NCBI GenBank assembly: GCA_002189035.1
Contig: CM007991.1
Coordinates: 3,782,001 to 3,846,000 of the forward strand
Direction of reading: 5' to 3'
DNA from: Utricularia gibba
Taxonomy: Eukaryota; Plantae; Magnoliophyta
Length of the DNA stretch: 64,000 bases
Shown here in pieces: positions 61,301 to 64,000 of this stretch. The notes under the pieces were generated by a model. That model was given only the letters and a program-made list of their open reading frames with translations, had not been told where the DNA came from and did no database searches. A program made the position numbers and the translations under genes. Positions within the stretch are counted from its first letter, which is position 1. Each line of letters starts with the position of its first letter.

Positions 61301-61364
61301 CAGCGGCGACGACCCAGGTGGGAGTGTACTCCAACGTCGTCCCTTCTTCCCCTCCGCCGGCCAT
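58341..61364 (-). CDS. MLO: MLO-like seven-transmembrane protein (MLO1-like), 13 exons
   Basis: TLEYTPTWVVAAVC, EELMLLGFISLMLTV, LHHLHIFIFVLA, FDFHKY-like FNFHKYMIRALEDDFKKVVGISW, QPSDDHFWF, SYSTLPLYALVTQMG. Confidence 0.95.
58705..58786 (-). other. GC-AG intron in MLO
   Basis: ATCAG|GCAAGC...TTCCAG|CGTC gives the in-frame join PRLIIS-VFIQVLCSYSTLPL. No GT donor in a suitable position. Confidence 0.75.
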
Positions 61365-62592
61365 TTCTCCCTCTCACCCAGAAGACGCAGACCCACTCGC
61401 AAAAACCGCTCTTTGCCTTTCAACCACCTAAAATACGAGGAAAATTTCAAGTTTCTGTCTTATCGAAGACAACGCAGTGCCCAAAAAAATATTTATGAAA
61501 CAGATGAAGACAAAGCAGTGCCCGTCAGGGATTTATGATCCGTGATCAGGCAACTGCCAGATGTGTGTATGTACACAACTCTATTTGCGGCGTGAGCCAG
61601 TCGTTCAACTGTGAGTTCATAGACTCCTGGCTATGAACCTCTCCCTATCATCCGCAGAACGGGCATTAACAGCTAACTTCTACATTGAAAAAAAAACCTC
61701 AGCTTTGAAGAATTTCTACAAATTTGTACAACGAAGCATTAAGATTTCCACTGACGTTTTACAATTTTAATTTCCATTTTAGTGATTCTGCTTACACTCC
61801 CAAAAACTGAACAAGAGCCCTCTCCCCCAGAAGCCCAGGTAAGAAGAGTCTCTCGTATACATGTTCACTGCCCTGGCATTTAGTGCTCCGAAAATGACGA
61901 ATCAGCTTTTGTTGTTGGAATTTATATATTTTTATCACCGAAAAAACACCATACAGGAGAGCGCCAATCAGTCGCTGTTGTTTTCAACCGAATCCTGCAA
62001 CTCTCATTGAACGTTTCAATCTTATGTCAAAAACTTAGTCGCCCGCTGTTGTATTCTCATGGGATCATCGCTTTACACCCACGGAATGTCACAAGCGGAT
62101 TCCCCAACAGGTAATTGTGTGCTTTTGATTCCACATGCTTTATCGTGATCCCTGTTTGTGGTGGGCTTGTATCATCGGAAGTGATTCTCATCCCTCCGCG
62201 TGATCAGGTCGATTTGATTCGATTTTGGATTAAAATATTTTGCTTCTTTTGTTGGGTGACCCAATTTTTTCTCTATCACTGCTCGCCCACTGGTTTTATG
62301 CCCGAAATCTTTGTTTTTTGCTTCGGTTTGATCGGTATTGGGTTGCATTACTTCGACGCTGTTCTTGTATTCTCTGGTTTAAAGACGCCTTCTTTTATCG
62401 GGCATTGCTCGGTGTGATCCCTTCTTCAATCACGATGCCTCCTACTGACCAACTGTCTATCATTCCTCCATTTCAGAAGGCTAGTTGGGTGTTTTTCGAT
62501 CCATTTGCAGAAACCAGAGAGGAACCAAACCAAACAAACCCTCTGGGCGTCATATACAAGTGAATCCGCTTCCTCATCTTTCTATCTTCCAT

Positions 62593-62900
62593 CTTTACCG
62601 CTGTGGTACGTGACACCCCATATCATCTTCCATTGATTCCAAGTACAGAAGCTCGCTTAACAAGGGGTGCATCTCATTTAGGACCAGTGTTCCCAGCAGG
62701 TTTTTTACACAGGAAGACGAACTGAAACGTTGGCCTATGACCTGGGCAGGTTATGCTCAAGATCCATACCTCTTTTGCCGCAAGTGTGGAGTTCTAATTG
62801 GCTATGGATACGACTTCAAGGCGCAGCAATGTCGTCTTCATCGTTTAAGAAGGTAAAGCTCCGAGCTTTACGACCTTCCGAAGGTAGCAGCAGCCCATGA
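62593..62900 (+). pseudogene. Decayed homolog of the At4g08330-like small zinc-binding protein family
   Basis: Translation LYRCGT*HPISSSIDSKYRSSLNKGCISF...SRFFTQEDE...W...LFCRKCGVLIGYGY, then after a frameshift FKKVKLRALRPSEG. This matches the family pattern YSCGSCG...SKY.KS.K.G.ISF...LLCRKC..IG...IRALQPS. Confidence 0.65.
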
Positions 62901-63395
62901 TGATGAAAATACGCTCCAACACACTGCCATTCTTTATCTATTAGTTCTGTTGACTCCGGACGAATATTTGTGTGTATAAATTTGTATTAATTAATGAAAA
63001 TATTATTAACTTAATATTAGATTATATTATATTATATTATAAATAAATTTTCCAATTTTTATTCCATGGCACTTATTATAATAATATGATATTCATTATA
63101 AATTATAATTAAAATTATTTAAAGAGATTTAAAATAAGTAAAAATATCATTATATAAAATGCAAATATAATATACACATGTAAATACGACTATTCCATCT
63201 ATTATCTTCATTTAAATTTAATTTTTACTGTATAGTAAGTGAAGTTTTATATGTTGATAAAAATATATATAATTATTTTAAATAAAATTTATTAGAGTTT
63301 ATTAAACTTAAAAATGTAATTAAAATCACTTAAAAACCAATGAATGGGATGGGGAAAAGGGCTTGAATTGAGCTTATTTAGATGTGTGAAATACA

Positions 63396-63435
63396 TGGGC
63401 CTTGGGCCCATTGTGATAGTCGTGTCTGGCCCAAA
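63396..63435 (+). promoter_or_regulatory. Cluster of site II (TGGGCY/GGCCCA) motifs upstream of REV1
   Basis: TGGGCCTTGGGCCCA and TGGCCCAAA about 90-130 bp before the ATG. Confidence 0.55.
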
Positions 63436-63527
63436 TGGTTTTTTGACCGTTGTATGTTACACGGCACACGAGGCAGAGTACATCCTCGCGCAGACAAAGT
63501 TCCTCAGAATCACAATCAAGCGCCAAA

Positions 63528-64000
63528 ATGGGTTCTAAATCAAGCGCCAAATCAAAAAGGAGCTTGAAGTCGGTTTCCTCTGAACCCTCTTCGTCTCAAA
63601 GTGATGGAAAAGAATCGAACAAGAAGAACAAGACCTCTCAGAGGACACTGGGGATGGCTTGGGGCGCGAATTCTCAGTCCGCATCTCGGGCCGCGTTTCG
63701 AAACTCGCCGTTTCCGGATTTTGGGAGGTTGGATATTCATTTGGTCATCTCTATCGCGTTGAATTCTGATGGTTTCTGGAGCGATTTGTTGTCCATGGTT
63801 GCATATTTCAGTAGTGACTTTATGTTATTCAGTTTTTAGTTGATTTTTTGTGCTTGATTTAGTTACATGGCTTTGAAGAATCAAAAGCTACGGGAACAAT
63901 TTGATGCGGCTGCGTCGAGCTCTTCTTGCAGTGGATCGGTCTGTGTGATGCCTATATTCGATGGGGTTTCGATCTTTGTTGATGGATATACAGTTCCTTC
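63528..64000 (+). CDS. REV1: DNA repair protein REV1, 5' partial (exon 1 63528-63727; exon 2 from 63863 runs off the window)
   Basis: QRTLGMAWGA...FRNSPFPDFGS/YMALKNQKLREQFD...IFDGVSIFVDGYTVPS (start of the BRCT domain). Confidence 0.9.

Noticed and set aside
61614-61637. 8-bp hairpin GTTCATAG-N8-CTATGAAC upstream of MLO
   Set aside because: Too short for a miRNA precursor, has no tRNA/SINE boxes, and is compatible with chance.
1-64000. tRNA, rRNA or autonomous transposon genes
   Set aside because: No cloverleaf/A-B box pattern, rRNA-like block, transposase, RT or gag motif was recognised.

Overview
Gene-dense plant (eudicot-like) nuclear DNA with short (mostly about 70-120 nt) introns and AT-rich intergenic spacers. 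No rRNA, tRNA, CRISPR array or intact transposase/retrotransposon ORF is visible. Gene order: a tandem array of four LURP-one-like genes (copy 4 frameshifted), a VARLMGL-motif (TRM/DUF3741-associated) gene, PDX1, a glutaredoxin-domain/zinc-finger gene, TAF15b, a P-class PPR, an EPFL peptide, a WNK kinase, a PAP/OAS1-type nucleotidyltransferase, a VAL/HSI2-type B3 repressor, NET4, an LRR-III pseudokinase, plastid RPL17, FHIT, a RING-H2 gene with a decayed paralog, TOM40, MLO1-like, a decayed At4g08330-like gene and the 5' end of REV1. Main highlights: (1) FHIT appears to use a 3-nt microexon between a U2 intron and a U12 AT-AC intron, plus a GC-AG first intron. (2) The VAL gene has a U12 GT-AG intron and a Trp->Leu change in its CW domain. 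(3) Eight apparent 1-bp deletions, all in short G/C runs, break six otherwise intact genes, most likely an assembly artefact. (4) A 128-148 bp minisatellite fills the RPL17 intron. (5) The LURP array is mosaic, with non-coding leaders more conserved than coding exons. All gene names come from my recognition of the translated sequences, not from database searches.
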